Shown here: positions 40,635-50,545 of the stretch, piece by piece
Position numbering within the stretch: position 1 is the stretch's first letter
How the letters are laid out: each line of letters opens with the position of its first letter
Assembly (NCBI GenBank): GCA_003557485.1
Contig: PWOI01000196.1
Location: 7,782-71,781, forward strand
DNA length: 64,000 bases
Source: Elusimicrobiota bacterium
Lineage (GTDB): Bacteria > CG03 > SLGR01 > PWQF01
Direction: 5' to 3'
Made by a program: the position numbers and the translations under genes
Notes under the pieces: generated by a model
What the model was told of the DNA's origin: nothing
The model's input: only the letters and a program-made list of their open reading frames with translations
Databases searched by the model: none

Positions 40635-41639
40635 ATGATATTCAAAAGAATAATAATATTTATAATTCTTATTCTTACTGTCCTCGTTGTCGGGACTTTA
40701 GGATATATGCGGATAGAGAATCTTGTTTTTCTTGACGCACTCTATATGGCAGTTATTACTCTTTCAACAGTTGGTTTCAAGGAGGTAGTTGCACTCTCAA
40801 CTGCGGGACAGTGGTTTACAATAGCTCTGGTAGCAGGTGGTATAACGGTTATTACTGTCACACTGGCTATGTTTACTTCCTTGATACTTGAAGGAGAAGT
40901 GGGAGAGTACCTTAACAGGAGAAAAATGGATAAAAAAATAAAATCGTTAAGAAATCATATTATTGTATGCGGTCTGGGCCGTCTCGGTGAAGAAGTGGTC
41001 AGGAACCTCGTGGAAACCAGAACAGACTTTGTTCTCATTGAGAACACGCAGGAAAAGGTACATAAACTTACTAAGGAGATAGGGGAGTTCCCTTATCTTA
41101 TAGACGACGCCGAAGATACTAAAGCCCTTGAGTCAGCGGGGGTGCAGAGAGCTTCCACCCTTATAAGCTGCCTGGGAGCCGACAGCCTAAACCTGTTTGT
41201 TGTAATAACTGCAAGAGAAGCAAATCCTGATTTAACTATAGTTTCAGAGGTTATTGACCGTCCGGCCCGTTACAAACTCAAAAAAGTGGGAGCGGATTAC
41301 GTCATATCTCCTTCTCAGATAGGTGGAAAAAGGATGACGGCGGTTGCTACACGCCCGTCAGTGGTCTCGTTTCTTGACCTGGTAACCTCGGGTGGAGAAA
41401 AAGAGGTTTTATGCGAGTCGGCTGTTGTCGGGGCATCATCTGAATTTGCGGGAAAGACTCTCCAGGAAGCCCGTATACCCAAAAGAACCGGGCTTATAGT
41501 AATATCCATTAAAAAGAACGACGGCCAGCGTTTTATATATAATCCTTCATCACAAACACGTATTGACGCGGGCGATGAAATTATCGTTATGGGACAGGGT
41601 GAAAATATAAAAAAACTCAAAAGCTATACAGGCAAGTAA
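40635..41639 (+). CDS. two-TM pore ion channel with TrkA-N/TrkA-C (RCK) cytoplasmic domains
   Basis: Two TM helices flanking a pore helix/filter (ITLSTVGFKEV), then Rossmann RCK domain (IIVCGLGRLGEEV) and TrkA-C. The filter lacks the canonical GYG. Confidence 0.65.
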   Translation: MIFKRIIIFIILILTVLVVGTLGYMRIENLVFLDALYMAVITLSTVGFKEVVALSTAGQWFTIALVAGGITVITVTLAMFTSLILEGEVGEYLNRRKMDKKIKSLRNHIIVCGLGRLGEEVVRNLVETRTDFVLIENTQEKVHKLTKEIGEFPYLIDDAEDTKALESAGVQRASTLISCLGADSLNLFVVITAREANPDLTIVSEVIDRPARYKLKKVGADYVISPSQIGGKRMTAVATRPSVVSFLDLVTSGGEKEVLCESAVVGASSEFAGKTLQEARIPKRTGLIVISIKKNDGQRFIYNPSSQTRIDAGDEIIVMGQGENIKKLKSYTGK

Positions 41640-41645
41640 GACAAT

Positions 41646-42626
41646 ATGGAAAAAAGTTTTCTTTTAATCAGGTATTCCTCACTCGGCGATGTTGTCCTGG
41701 CAACAAGCGCCGTTGAGAGCATAGCCGGCAATATTCCCGGCGCAAATATCAGTTTTCTTACAAAGCCGCAATATACCGAAGTTTTTCAAAATAATACTCA
41801 TATTACGGAAATACTTACCCGGCCGCCTCTTTTAAGGAAATATGATTATATTATTGACCTTCATAACAGCTTAAGGTCAAATTTTACTAAGCTTCTGATT
41901 AATGCGGGGAACCGTTATACTTACAATAAGGCGGCTTACGCAAGGCGAGCTTTTCTTCTTAAGAGAATCAGAAACCCTGTATTGGATAAAGATGTCATAG
42001 AAAGGTATCTCGGAGCCCTTAAAGGTGCGGGACTTAAAACGGAATATGTTCTTCCCAAAATATACCTGACCGCCGGGGAAGAGGAGGGAGCTGGCCGGCT
42101 TACGCAGAGAGAAAACTATATAGTAATTGCTCCGGGAGCCAAATGGAAAACAAAGCAATGGATGGAAGAATATTATTCTTCGCTTACTATAAAAATAGTT
42201 CGAGATCTTGGTCTTGACGTTGTGCTTGCGGGAGATAAGAACGACGAGGAAATATGCCGGAGTATAGTTTACGGTTCGGGAATACTAAAAAAGCATATAG
42301 TAAACCTTGCAGGCAGGACTTCAGTAAGGACCCTGGCCGCAGTACTTAAAAAATCAAGAGTTTCGGTTACAACCGATTCGGCTCCCCTTCATATAGGCCG
42401 GGCAGTAGGGGCAAAAGTTGTCTCGTTATTCGGGCCTACGGTAAAAGAGTTCGGGTTTCAGCCGAGGGAGGCAAATACCTGCATACTGGAAAAAGAGATG
42501 GAGTGCCGGCCATGCAGCCTTCACGGTTCGGATAAATGCAGATTTAAAGATAAAGCCTGTATGAAAAGGATAGAGCCTTACGAGGTTTTTAACGCGGTTA
42601 AAAAGTTTGCAGGGTTTGATGTGTGA
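41646..42626 (+). CDS. GT9 lipopolysaccharide heptosyltransferase (WaaC/WaaF/WaaQ family)
   Basis: RYSSLGDVVLATS N-terminus and C-terminal ...DSAPLHIGRAVG... GT9 motif. Confidence 0.7.
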   Translation: MEKSFLLIRYSSLGDVVLATSAVESIAGNIPGANISFLTKPQYTEVFQNNTHITEILTRPPLLRKYDYIIDLHNSLRSNFTKLLINAGNRYTYNKAAYARRAFLLKRIRNPVLDKDVIERYLGALKGAGLKTEYVLPKIYLTAGEEEGAGRLTQRENYIVIAPGAKWKTKQWMEEYYSSLTIKIVRDLGLDVVLAGDKNDEEICRSIVYGSGILKKHIVNLAGRTSVRTLAAVLKKSRVSVTTDSAPLHIGRAVGAKVVSLFGPTVKEFGFQPREANTCILEKEMECRPCSLHGSDKCRFKDKACMKRIEPYEVFNAVKKFAGFDV

Positions 42627-43605
42627 GAAAATCCTTGTAGTTCAGACGGCCTTTCTGGGGGATTGCGTGCTGACACTTCCCCTGGTAAACGCTTTGAATC
42701 GCGCCGGGAGTAAAGTCGATGTCGTATGTAAAAAAGGACTGGAAGACATTTTCAACAGCTGCCGCGGCGTTTCTGAAACAATTATTTTTGACAAGAAAAC
42801 TTCAGACAGGGGAATCAGGGGGATTATCAGGATTTCCTCCGCTCTGAAAAAGAGGAATTACAGCAGTGCCTTTCTTCCGCAGAGATCGTTTCGCAGCGGA
42901 CTTCTGACATACCTTGCCGGCATAAAGAAAAGAACGGGGTTTACAAGGGGAGGTTCCAAATTTTTTTTAACTGAGAAGGTGCCCTTTGACTGGAACAGAC
43001 ACGAAGTAGAACGTCAGTTAGAACTCGCGCGGTCTGCCGGTTTTGAAGTGTTTCCCGCGGAGTTTAACCTCAAACCCGATACGGAAAAAGTCCGGGAATG
43101 GAGAGAAAAGCTTCACGGCCCCGGGAAACTTGTCGGAATTGCGCCACAGAGCAACTGGCAGACAAAAAAATGGCCGCCGGAGAATTTTAAGAAAATTGTC
43201 CGGGAATTCTCAAAAGAAAATACAGCTGTCATACTTGGCAGCGCTCGGGAAGAGTGGGAAGGCAGAAATATAATAAATCTTACCGGTGAAACTTCTGTCA
43301 AAGATCTTATAGCGGCCTGTTCGCTTCTTGATGTTCTTGTTTCAAATGACTGCGGAGTTATGCATATAGCCTCTGCTGTCGGAACCGGGGTTGCTGTTAT
43401 TTACGGGGCGACAGTCCCGGAACTGGGGTTTACACCCTGGGGAGAACACGTGGTCATACAGAACGGCCGGCTTGGATGCCGCCCCTGCAGCCTGCACGGC
43501 CCCAGAAAATGCCCTAGAAAGCATTTTAAGTGCATGACAGAAATCAGCCCGGAAAATGTTATCCGAGCAGCCGGGGGCCTATTAGAAAAAAATGGGAAAA
43601 GATAA
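42607..43605 (+). CDS. GT9 lipopolysaccharide heptosyltransferase (second paralogue)
   Basis: VQTAFLGDCVLTLP and NDCGVMHIASAVG GT9 motifs. Confidence 0.7.
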   Translation: MQGLMCEKILVVQTAFLGDCVLTLPLVNALNRAGSKVDVVCKKGLEDIFNSCRGVSETIIFDKKTSDRGIRGIIRISSALKKRNYSSAFLPQRSFRSGLLTYLAGIKKRTGFTRGGSKFFLTEKVPFDWNRHEVERQLELARSAGFEVFPAEFNLKPDTEKVREWREKLHGPGKLVGIAPQSNWQTKKWPPENFKKIVREFSKENTAVILGSAREEWEGRNIINLTGETSVKDLIAACSLLDVLVSNDCGVMHIASAVGTGVAVIYGATVPELGFTPWGEHVVIQNGRLGCRPCSLHGPRKCPRKHFKCMTEISPENVIRAAGGLLEKNGKR

Positions 43606-44665
43606 AAAAAGAATACTTCATATAGTTAACATCCCGTGGTTTTCCGGCCTTGGTTCCTATGCCCGTGATATGGGATATTATATGGAAAAATCCGGCGCGC
43701 GGATAACTTTTGCCGCAGTAAGTCCTTCCAGGCTGAGCCGCCGCCTTGAAAAAGAGTTTAAGGTTATTCCGCTTCCCGGCCGGGGCTCTATTCAGACACT
43801 GCGGGGAATTATCCGGTTGCTGAGAACAAGGAATGAATTTGATGCGGTTATATCCCATTCCGGCAGTTCTTTCTTTATGGGCTCGGTGATGAAACTTTTC
43901 AGAAGTAAAATAGTTCTTGTCAGAACACGAGCCGAAAAAGGAGCTCCTAAAAATAATTTTTTTAACAGGATACTGCATCTCTGGGGAGATGCTGTTGTTG
44001 TCGCTACTGAAAAAATACGAGGGCGGTTTTTGTCAATCGGCTGCCGTCCGGAAAAAGTGATTGTGATCCCTCCGGTGGTAGATACCGACAGGTTCCGATT
44101 TTCTCCGCCACCCGCCGGCAATGTCATATCAATTATCGGCCGCCTTGACAGGGTAAAAGGACACGGGGTGCTTATTGAAGCTCTTCCGGCAATTAAAAAA
44201 ATGGCGGGCACTGTAAAAGCAGTATTTGCCGGCAGGGAGGTAAAGGTCAGTTTTGAAAGCCTGAAAAGCCAGGCACGCGCTCTCGGTGTTGAAAAAGAGA
44301 TCCGGTACAGGGGGGAGCTAGTAGATAAAGAATTGTATGATTTAATAAGAAATTCGGTTGTAGGAATAATAGCGTCTCTGGGCTCGGAAGCCGTAAGCCG
44401 CGCAGCACTTGAATGGCTTGCCTGCGGCAGGCCTGTAGTATCTTCCGATGTAGGGTGCCTTGAGGAATTCCTTGGAGGCACAGGCGCGGCTTTCATATAT
44501 CCGAGAGGAGACAGCAGGGAGCTTGCTTTGAAGGCAGCGGCGATTTTAAACGACCGGGAACTTATGTCCAGGATGTCAGAAAAAGCAAGAAAGCTGGCTG
44601 AAGACAGGTTTTCGCCGGCGGCATATATGGAAAATCTGAAGAAAATATTTAATATAATAAAATGA
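43592..44665 (+). CDS. GT4 glycosyltransferase
   Basis: GT-B C-terminal domain with E...ALEWLACGRPVVSSDVG. In the LPS core locus. Confidence 0.7.
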   Translation: MGKDKKRILHIVNIPWFSGLGSYARDMGYYMEKSGARITFAAVSPSRLSRRLEKEFKVIPLPGRGSIQTLRGIIRLLRTRNEFDAVISHSGSSFFMGSVMKLFRSKIVLVRTRAEKGAPKNNFFNRILHLWGDAVVVATEKIRGRFLSIGCRPEKVIVIPPVVDTDRFRFSPPPAGNVISIIGRLDRVKGHGVLIEALPAIKKMAGTVKAVFAGREVKVSFESLKSQARALGVEKEIRYRGELVDKELYDLIRNSVVGIIASLGSEAVSRAALEWLACGRPVVSSDVGCLEEFLGGTGAAFIYPRGDSRELALKAAAILNDRELMSRMSEKARKLAEDRFSPAAYMENLKKIFNIIK

Positions 44666-45426
44666 ACAAAATTACAGCGGCAATAATAACATTTAATGAA
44701 GAAAGCAATATCCGGGATGCCCTGGAAAGCGTAAAGTGGGTTGACGAGATAGTTGTAGTAGACAGCGGCAGCAGCGATAAAACAGTTGAAATATGCAGGG
44801 ATTATACCGATAAAATTTTTTTGAACCCCTGGCCCGGCCATGTTCAGCAGAAAAATTTTGCTATAGGTAAGTCATCAAACGAATGGATACTTTCTATAGA
44901 TGCTGATGAGCGCGTCAGCAGCCGGCTTGCCTCTGAAATTAAAAAAGAGCTCCGTTCGCCGAGCGCTGATGCTTACCGGGTCAGCCGCCGTGCGTTTTAC
45001 CTGGGAAGGTGGATAAAGTTCAGCGGCTGGTATCCGGACAGGAAAGTGCGGGTTTTCCGTAAAAGCCGCGCCCGCTGGGGCGGAATTAATCCGCATGATA
45101 AAGTTATAACCCGCGGGCCGGTGAAGCGGCTTGAAGGCGACCTCTATCATTATACTTACCGAAATATTTCCCATAACGTTCAGGCAATCAACAGTTTTAC
45201 AGATATAAGTTCAAAAGAATACCTTAAAAAAAGGAAAGGTTCTGTGATTGATATGATAGTTAGGCCGCCTATGGCTTTTTTTAAAAAGTTTATTCTCAAA
45301 CAGGGTTTCAGGGATGGAATGCCTGGTTTTATAATAGCCGTATCTACCGCCTACTATGTTTTTCTTAAGTATGCCAAGCTCTGGGAACTCAAAAACGCGC
45401 CTTCAGAAGAAAATGGAAAAAATTAA
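44662..45426 (+). CDS. GT2 glycosyltransferase (WaaE/KdtX-like LPS core transferase)
   Basis: AAIITFNEESNI...VVVDSGSSDKT...SIDADE GT-A motifs. 254 aa size typical of KdtX-like core glycosyltransferases. Confidence 0.7.
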   Translation: MNKITAAIITFNEESNIRDALESVKWVDEIVVVDSGSSDKTVEICRDYTDKIFLNPWPGHVQQKNFAIGKSSNEWILSIDADERVSSRLASEIKKELRSPSADAYRVSRRAFYLGRWIKFSGWYPDRKVRVFRKSRARWGGINPHDKVITRGPVKRLEGDLYHYTYRNISHNVQAINSFTDISSKEYLKKRKGSVIDMIVRPPMAFFKKFILKQGFRDGMPGFIIAVSTAYYVFLKYAKLWELKNAPSEENGKN

Positions 45427-46564
45427 GCTTGGTTTTGTAATACATACCTTTGACGCTTCAAGGGGAGGCAAAGAAGTTGTTGCATGGAACCTGGTAAAGA
45501 GGCTTCTTGAAATGGGAGTCAGAACAGAACTTGTCTGCAGCAGGTATAAGAGCCTTGAGCATCCGCTGCTGAATATTCATAAAGTCCCTGTGCCAGGCAA
45601 GCAGGTAGGCCTTGACAACCTTTTTTTTGCCCGCCGCGCTCTGGGAAAAATTAAAGAACTTGATATAAATATAACTTACACTAACGGCAAAAGCGGTTTA
45701 GGGGAGATTGTCCGCCTGGGCGGCCTTCCGCAGAAGGTTCACATAAGGACGCGAGGCCTGGCTATGAAAAATCCTGTCAAGCGTAGGTTTTATTTATTGA
45801 AAAAAAAGTTAAGCCTGAAAAACAGGGTTTCGCTATACCTGGAGAAAAAAACATATACCAACCCCGGGATTAAAAAAGTTATAACCTGCTCCCGCTATGT
45901 TAAAAAGAATCTGCTCGAGGCTTACCCTGCGCTTGCTCCCGGCAAGGTTGAAGTTGTCTACAATGGTTTTGATTTTATAGATTACGACAAAGGTATGGCA
46001 CTCAGAAACAGGAATGAAATACGCAAAAAATATTGCCTTTCTGAAGATGAGCCGGTATATCTTTTTGCCGGCAATAATTTTGAAAGAAAAGGGCTTGGCC
46101 GTGTTATAGAGTTTCTGAAAATGGCTCCCGGAATTAAACTTATTGTCGCAGGCCGCGGCCGCCGGCGCAGGTGCTCTCCGGAGCTTAACAGCAGAATAAT
46201 CTGGGCGGGGGAGACCGGGGATATTGTTAAATATTACGATGCGGCGGATGTGCTTATTCTCCCTTCAGCGTCTGACGGGTTCGGGCTTGTGGTGCCCGAG
46301 GCTCTTTCCAGGGGGTGCTATGTAATGGTATCGCAGAATGCGGGGGCCTCCGAAATAATTGACGATTACCGGATAGGTATGACTTTTCCTTTCAGGGATT
46401 TCCCGGAAAGAGTGAAACCTTCGGAAATGAGTCTTGCCCGAGATGATCAATTCAGGCAGTCCCGTCGCGACCTGGTCCGGCAAATGAGCTGGGAAAAAAT
46501 TGCAGAAAGATACCTTGGAATTTTTAAGGAAACTCTTGACACTTCCGGGGAGAGGCTGAAATAA
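45413..46564 (+). CDS. GT4 glycosyltransferase
   Basis: GT-B fold with C-terminal SDGFGLVVPEALSRGCYVMVSQNAG. Start placed at MEKIKLGF; the longest ORF starts at 45356 and would overlap the upstream gene by 70 nt. Confidence 0.65.
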   Translation: MEKIKLGFVIHTFDASRGGKEVVAWNLVKRLLEMGVRTELVCSRYKSLEHPLLNIHKVPVPGKQVGLDNLFFARRALGKIKELDINITYTNGKSGLGEIVRLGGLPQKVHIRTRGLAMKNPVKRRFYLLKKKLSLKNRVSLYLEKKTYTNPGIKKVITCSRYVKKNLLEAYPALAPGKVEVVYNGFDFIDYDKGMALRNRNEIRKKYCLSEDEPVYLFAGNNFERKGLGRVIEFLKMAPGIKLIVAGRGRRRRCSPELNSRIIWAGETGDIVKYYDAADVLILPSASDGFGLVVPEALSRGCYVMVSQNAGASEIIDDYRIGMTFPFRDFPERVKPSEMSLARDDQFRQSRRDLVRQMSWEKIAERYLGIFKETLDTSGERLK

Positions 46565-47724
46565 TGCATTACCTGCATATTCTTACAATGCATAATCTTG
46601 CAGGACTTGAATATGAAACTTTTCATTTCATAAAGACATCTCAGAAGCATAAACATAGCTTACTTGTGACAAGCAAACCTATTAATGAGTTATTCAGAAA
46701 CTCTTTAAGCAGCACAGCAACAATAAAGCACTGGAAGTATTTAGGTCACCTGAAGATCCCATGGTTTTTAAGGTCTGTGTTTTTAAAAAAATGGCTTAAA
46801 AGGAAGAAGATAGATATTGTTATCTCCCATAGCCAGTTGTCGTTTCCTTCATTATGGAATACTGTATTTAAAAACATAAAAGCTCCCCGTATATATTATG
46901 AGCACGGTGCGGCGTGGTTTAAATCTAAAATGCATCAAAATCTTCTTGAAAGTTTTGACGGGTATATTGCTAATTCAAATGCCAGCGCCTTAATGCTTGA
47001 GAAAAAATTCGGGATTAAAAAAGACAAAATAAAGGTCATTCACAATGGACTTCCTAAAGAAAAATTTATAAACATAGGTAAAACAAAACCTGTAAAAAAA
47101 GATAAGAATAAATTTATAATAATGTATCTTGGCCGCTTAGTCAGGGTAAAAGGCGTGAATTCAGTTGTGGAGGCGATGAAATACCTTGATAATAACTTTG
47201 AGTTATGGATAGTGGGGGCGGGAAAAGAACAGGTTGTTCTTGAAAAACTGATATTACAACTTGGAGTTGAGGATAGGGTGTTTTTTAAGGGTTCTCAGAT
47301 GGATCCTGCCCCGTTTTTAAAAGCAGCCGATGTTTTAGTCGTCCCCAGCTTAAGGGAACCTCTGGGAAATGTAATACTTGAAGCCGGCGCTGCAAAATGC
47401 GCAGTGATAGCTTCTGAAATTGACGGCATACCGGATATTATTTCTGATGGGTATAATGGTGTTTTAATCGTTCCAAGTGTTGAGATAAAAGATTTAAAAG
47501 TCAGAAAAAAAATGCCTGAAGCTGTAGTGGACTCAAAAAGCAGAAGAATTTTGTCTCCGCGTTACTTAAATCCTGAAGAAATAGCAGAAGAGGTTATTCG
47601 ATTGAAAAAAGATACGCAACTTTTAAGAATGCTCGGGAACAATCTTTATGAAACTGTCAGGAAAAACTTTATAAAAGAGAATAAAACAATTGAGTTAGAA
47701 AAGGAGATTAATAAACTGCTGTGA
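46564..47724 (+). CDS. GT4 glycosyltransferase (encoded in low-GC segment)
   Basis: C-terminal REPLGNVILEAGAAKCAVIASEIDGIPDII GT4 motif. Markedly AT-richer than flanking genes. Confidence 0.65.
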   Translation: MHYLHILTMHNLAGLEYETFHFIKTSQKHKHSLLVTSKPINELFRNSLSSTATIKHWKYLGHLKIPWFLRSVFLKKWLKRKKIDIVISHSQLSFPSLWNTVFKNIKAPRIYYEHGAAWFKSKMHQNLLESFDGYIANSNASALMLEKKFGIKKDKIKVIHNGLPKEKFINIGKTKPVKKDKNKFIIMYLGRLVRVKGVNSVVEAMKYLDNNFELWIVGAGKEQVVLEKLILQLGVEDRVFFKGSQMDPAPFLKAADVLVVPSLREPLGNVILEAGAAKCAVIASEIDGIPDIISDGYNGVLIVPSVEIKDLKVRKKMPEAVVDSKSRRILSPRYLNPEEIAEEVIRLKKDTQLLRMLGNNLYETVRKNFIKENKTIELEKEINKLL

Positions 47725-48956
47725 AAGGTAAAATCAACTGGAAAGAATCGGTAATAGATTTCTTTATATATTCGGGTATTTTGATTTATATAAGCATGTT
47801 CTTTCCTTCACCTCTGGGTTCAGGCGCTCAGGATATTGGGGCAAATCTGGCTTTTTTACTTCTTTTAGCGACAAGAAAAGTTAACGTTAAAAATTTGTTT
47901 TTTAATAAAATATCTTTATCTTTATTGATATTTTTTGCTGCCCTGGTTGTTTCAAGCTTAATGTATTCCGATATACCTGATGTTCTAAATTCTGTGCGTA
48001 ATGGTTTAAAGGGGCTTGCACTGTTTTTTTCAATACAAATATTATGTTTTTCCGGTCGGAAAAGAGATAAAATTTTTGTTCTGTCATTATATCCGCTTTT
48101 TTTAACTTTTATTGTTATGTCCTCCTATATTCCGCTTTTGCTCGGTATAGTAGAAGACGTAAGCAGGGAAGCTGGTTACTTAAGGGCTTTAGGCATACAT
48201 AAAAATATTACTGCTAAATTCTGGAATATAGGACTGCCGGTAACGATAAGTACTTTTCTTTTTGTAAATTCCATAAAACTGAAAATTATACTTGCTGCTT
48301 TTATAGTATTATCATTTGCAGGGATACCTCTGACTTTTTCCCGTGGGGGTACTATTGGAATGGTTTTTGCGCTTTTAATATTTTTTACAGGTATGATGGT
48401 TTTTTTGTCAAACAAGTTCTCACTTACAAACAGGATAAAACGGATAGCAATAATTGCGGGCGGGTCCGCAGTGGTTACTCTTATGCTGTTTTGGAGGACA
48501 ATAACTTCCAGATTTATATCAAGAGACTGGGTTACTCTTACTGGTAGACTGGATTCCATATGGCCTGCAATAATAAGAGCAGTCAGGCAGCGTCCTTTTA
48601 CCGGTTACGGCCTTAGAAGTTTTCGCAGGGTTTTTTCGGATTTTGGCAGCTGGAGAGTAGTGCATGCTCATAATGTTTTTATGCAGGTTCTTGTGGAGGG
48701 TGGAATAACGGGTCTGATTCTTTTCCTTCTTATGCTTTTTATTTTCATAAAACAGTCATTTAAATATGTTAAGTTGAGAAATGAAGCTTCAGTTTATGCT
48801 CTTTCTTTTATAAGTGTCGCTTTTGGTTCTATATTCATAAACGGTATGGTTGAATATTTCGGTTTTCAGCACTTAATGTTTATATTAAGTTCGGTTTGGT
48901 TTTATGAAGCGTGGATAAGATTTAAAAATTCAAACAGATGTACCGGCGAAAAGTAA
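47721..48956 (+). CDS. O-antigen ligase/polymerase family (Wzy_C domain) membrane protein
   Basis: 10-12 predicted TM helices with a periplasmic loop carrying the R...GYGLRSF motif characteristic of WaaL/Wzy_C. AT-rich. Confidence 0.5.
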   Translation: MKGKINWKESVIDFFIYSGILIYISMFFPSPLGSGAQDIGANLAFLLLLATRKVNVKNLFFNKISLSLLIFFAALVVSSLMYSDIPDVLNSVRNGLKGLALFFSIQILCFSGRKRDKIFVLSLYPLFLTFIVMSSYIPLLLGIVEDVSREAGYLRALGIHKNITAKFWNIGLPVTISTFLFVNSIKLKIILAAFIVLSFAGIPLTFSRGGTIGMVFALLIFFTGMMVFLSNKFSLTNRIKRIAIIAGGSAVVTLMLFWRTITSRFISRDWVTLTGRLDSIWPAIIRAVRQRPFTGYGLRSFRRVFSDFGSWRVVHAHNVFMQVLVEGGITGLILFLLMLFIFIKQSFKYVKLRNEASVYALSFISVAFGSIFINGMVEYFGFQHLMFILSSVWFYEAWIRFKNSNRCTGEK

Positions 48957-50545
48957 AAATAGTTAAAAAAACAATAAAGCGAGGTTTAAAAGTCTACCAT
49001 CCCGCCGGACATAAAATAAACTGGGAAAGTTTCCTTCCTTTTTTTGAAGATCCTGAGCCTTCGCCGGACATTAGAAAGAAGCCCAGGGCCCAGCGCCGGC
49101 TTTTTATTTTTAAAACCGGAGGGGAAAGATACCACATAAAAAAGTTTAGCTATTTTATCTCTCCGCGTTTCAGGGATAAGTTCAGGGGTTTTCTTTTCCA
49201 GAGAACAGCGGCAAAACGGCAATTGATTTACTCGGTAAAACTTAATCAGCTGGGAATAAAAACTGTTTTTCCTTATTTTGCAGTAGAGAGAAGAAAGGGA
49301 TTGAAAAAGGAAAGCCTTTTTATTACCCCGTTTACGGAGCGTCCGCGGCTGTTTCACAGTTTGCAGTCGAAAAAAATTCAGTATTCTCAAAAAATAGAAC
49401 TTTTCCGAAAAGCCATAAGAGAAATATTTCTGCTCCACTCCAGCGGTATATTTCACGGTGATGCTCATACCCAGAACATCCTTGTTGATGATGGCAGTCT
49501 TCTGTGGTGCGATCTTGACAGAACAAAAAAATCCCGTCTGTTTTTAGAAATTCAAGGCAGGTTTTCTGATTTTGCACACCTTTTTCGTTCTGCTATCGCT
49601 GCCCTGATTTCATCCGGGGACTGGAGCAGCAGCATCAGGGAAGAGGTACTTGATATATGTGAGAAAAACTATCCCGGCTACGAAAAATTAAAAAGAAAAG
49701 TATATATAAGGACTTCGGAAAGACTTGAAAAATTCAATTATGCGTCAATTAAAAATATTGTCGCTGAAACCCCCGAACCTTCGGTTACAATATACCACCC
49801 TGAAGGCTACAATCTTGACTGGCAGTCCTTTATTCCTTTCCTTGATTTTCCGGAGCCGTTTAAGCCCGAGAAAATAACATCACGCGGAAGCCGGAGGGTT
49901 TTTATTTTTGAAGCGCCCTCGGGGCATCGGTACCATGTAAAAAAATTCAGCTATGAACAGTCTCCGCGCCTAAGGGACAGGTTTCGGGGATTTTTTTTCC
50001 AGTCTTCAAAAGCCAGAAAACAGGCTATTCAGATAGAAATGATAAGAGAGGCGGGGCTTGATACGGCTTTCCCGTGGTTTGCCGTTGAAAGAAAGAAAGG
50101 AGTGAAAAAACAGAGTCTTTTCATAACTCCCTATAAGGATGCTCCCAGTATGGCAAAGGTTTTCGCTTCTTCAGGAGTTTCTTTTGCCGAGAAGTACAGT
50201 ATTCTTAAGAAGGCCCTTGAAGATGTAAGTGCCATGCACAGGGGCGGGGTATACCATATAGACACTCATATTAAAAACATACTTGTGGCGGATGGGGATC
50301 TCTTATGGTGCGACCTTGATGATGTAGGTAAAAACCGGATAAGACTGGAAACCAGGGGCAGGTTTAAAGACTGCTACAAACTTATGCGTTCTGCTATTAT
50401 ACTTCTTATCAGGTCAGGCCAGTGGCAAAAGGCGATGAGCCCGGATGTTGTAAAAACTTTTGAAGAAGCTTACCCGGGTCATTTAATAATAAAAAGAATA
50501 ATATTAAAGAGCCTTTCAAGAAGGTTTAAAGAATTTGAATACTGA
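48938..50545 (+). CDS. tandem-duplicated lipopolysaccharide kinase (Kdo/WaaP family) protein
   Basis: Two homologous ~250-aa halves: residues ~17-270 and ~283-535. Each carries YHP(A/E)G...W(E/Q)SF(L/I)PF...RY H(I/V)KKFSY...RFRGF(L/F)FQ...FAVER(R/K)KG(L/V)KK(E/Q)SLFITP and the catalytic H(G/I)D(A/T)H..NILV...LWCDLD motifs of Kdo/WaaP-type kinases. Confidence 0.6.
   Translation: MYRRKVKIVKKTIKRGLKVYHPAGHKINWESFLPFFEDPEPSPDIRKKPRAQRRLFIFKTGGERYHIKKFSYFISPRFRDKFRGFLFQRTAAKRQLIYSVKLNQLGIKTVFPYFAVERRKGLKKESLFITPFTERPRLFHSLQSKKIQYSQKIELFRKAIREIFLLHSSGIFHGDAHTQNILVDDGSLLWCDLDRTKKSRLFLEIQGRFSDFAHLFRSAIAALISSGDWSSSIREEVLDICEKNYPGYEKLKRKVYIRTSERLEKFNYASIKNIVAETPEPSVTIYHPEGYNLDWQSFIPFLDFPEPFKPEKITSRGSRRVFIFEAPSGHRYHVKKFSYEQSPRLRDRFRGFFFQSSKARKQAIQIEMIREAGLDTAFPWFAVERKKGVKKQSLFITPYKDAPSMAKVFASSGVSFAEKYSILKKALEDVSAMHRGGVYHIDTHIKNILVADGDLLWCDLDDVGKNRIRLETRGRFKDCYKLMRSAIILLIRSGQWQKAMSPDVVKTFEEAYPGHLIIKRIILKSLSRRFKEFEY

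Noticed and set aside
43792-44841. 349-aa minus-strand ORF
   Set aside because: Lies entirely antisense to a well-supported GT4 glycosyltransferase (43592..44665). The translation is low-complexity with no motifs. Shadow ORF.
45356-45412. Longest-ORF start for the GT4 gene at 45.4 kb
   Set aside because: This would create a 70-nt overlap with the upstream GT2 gene. The internal start MEKIKLGF at 45413 is consistent with GT4 N-termini.
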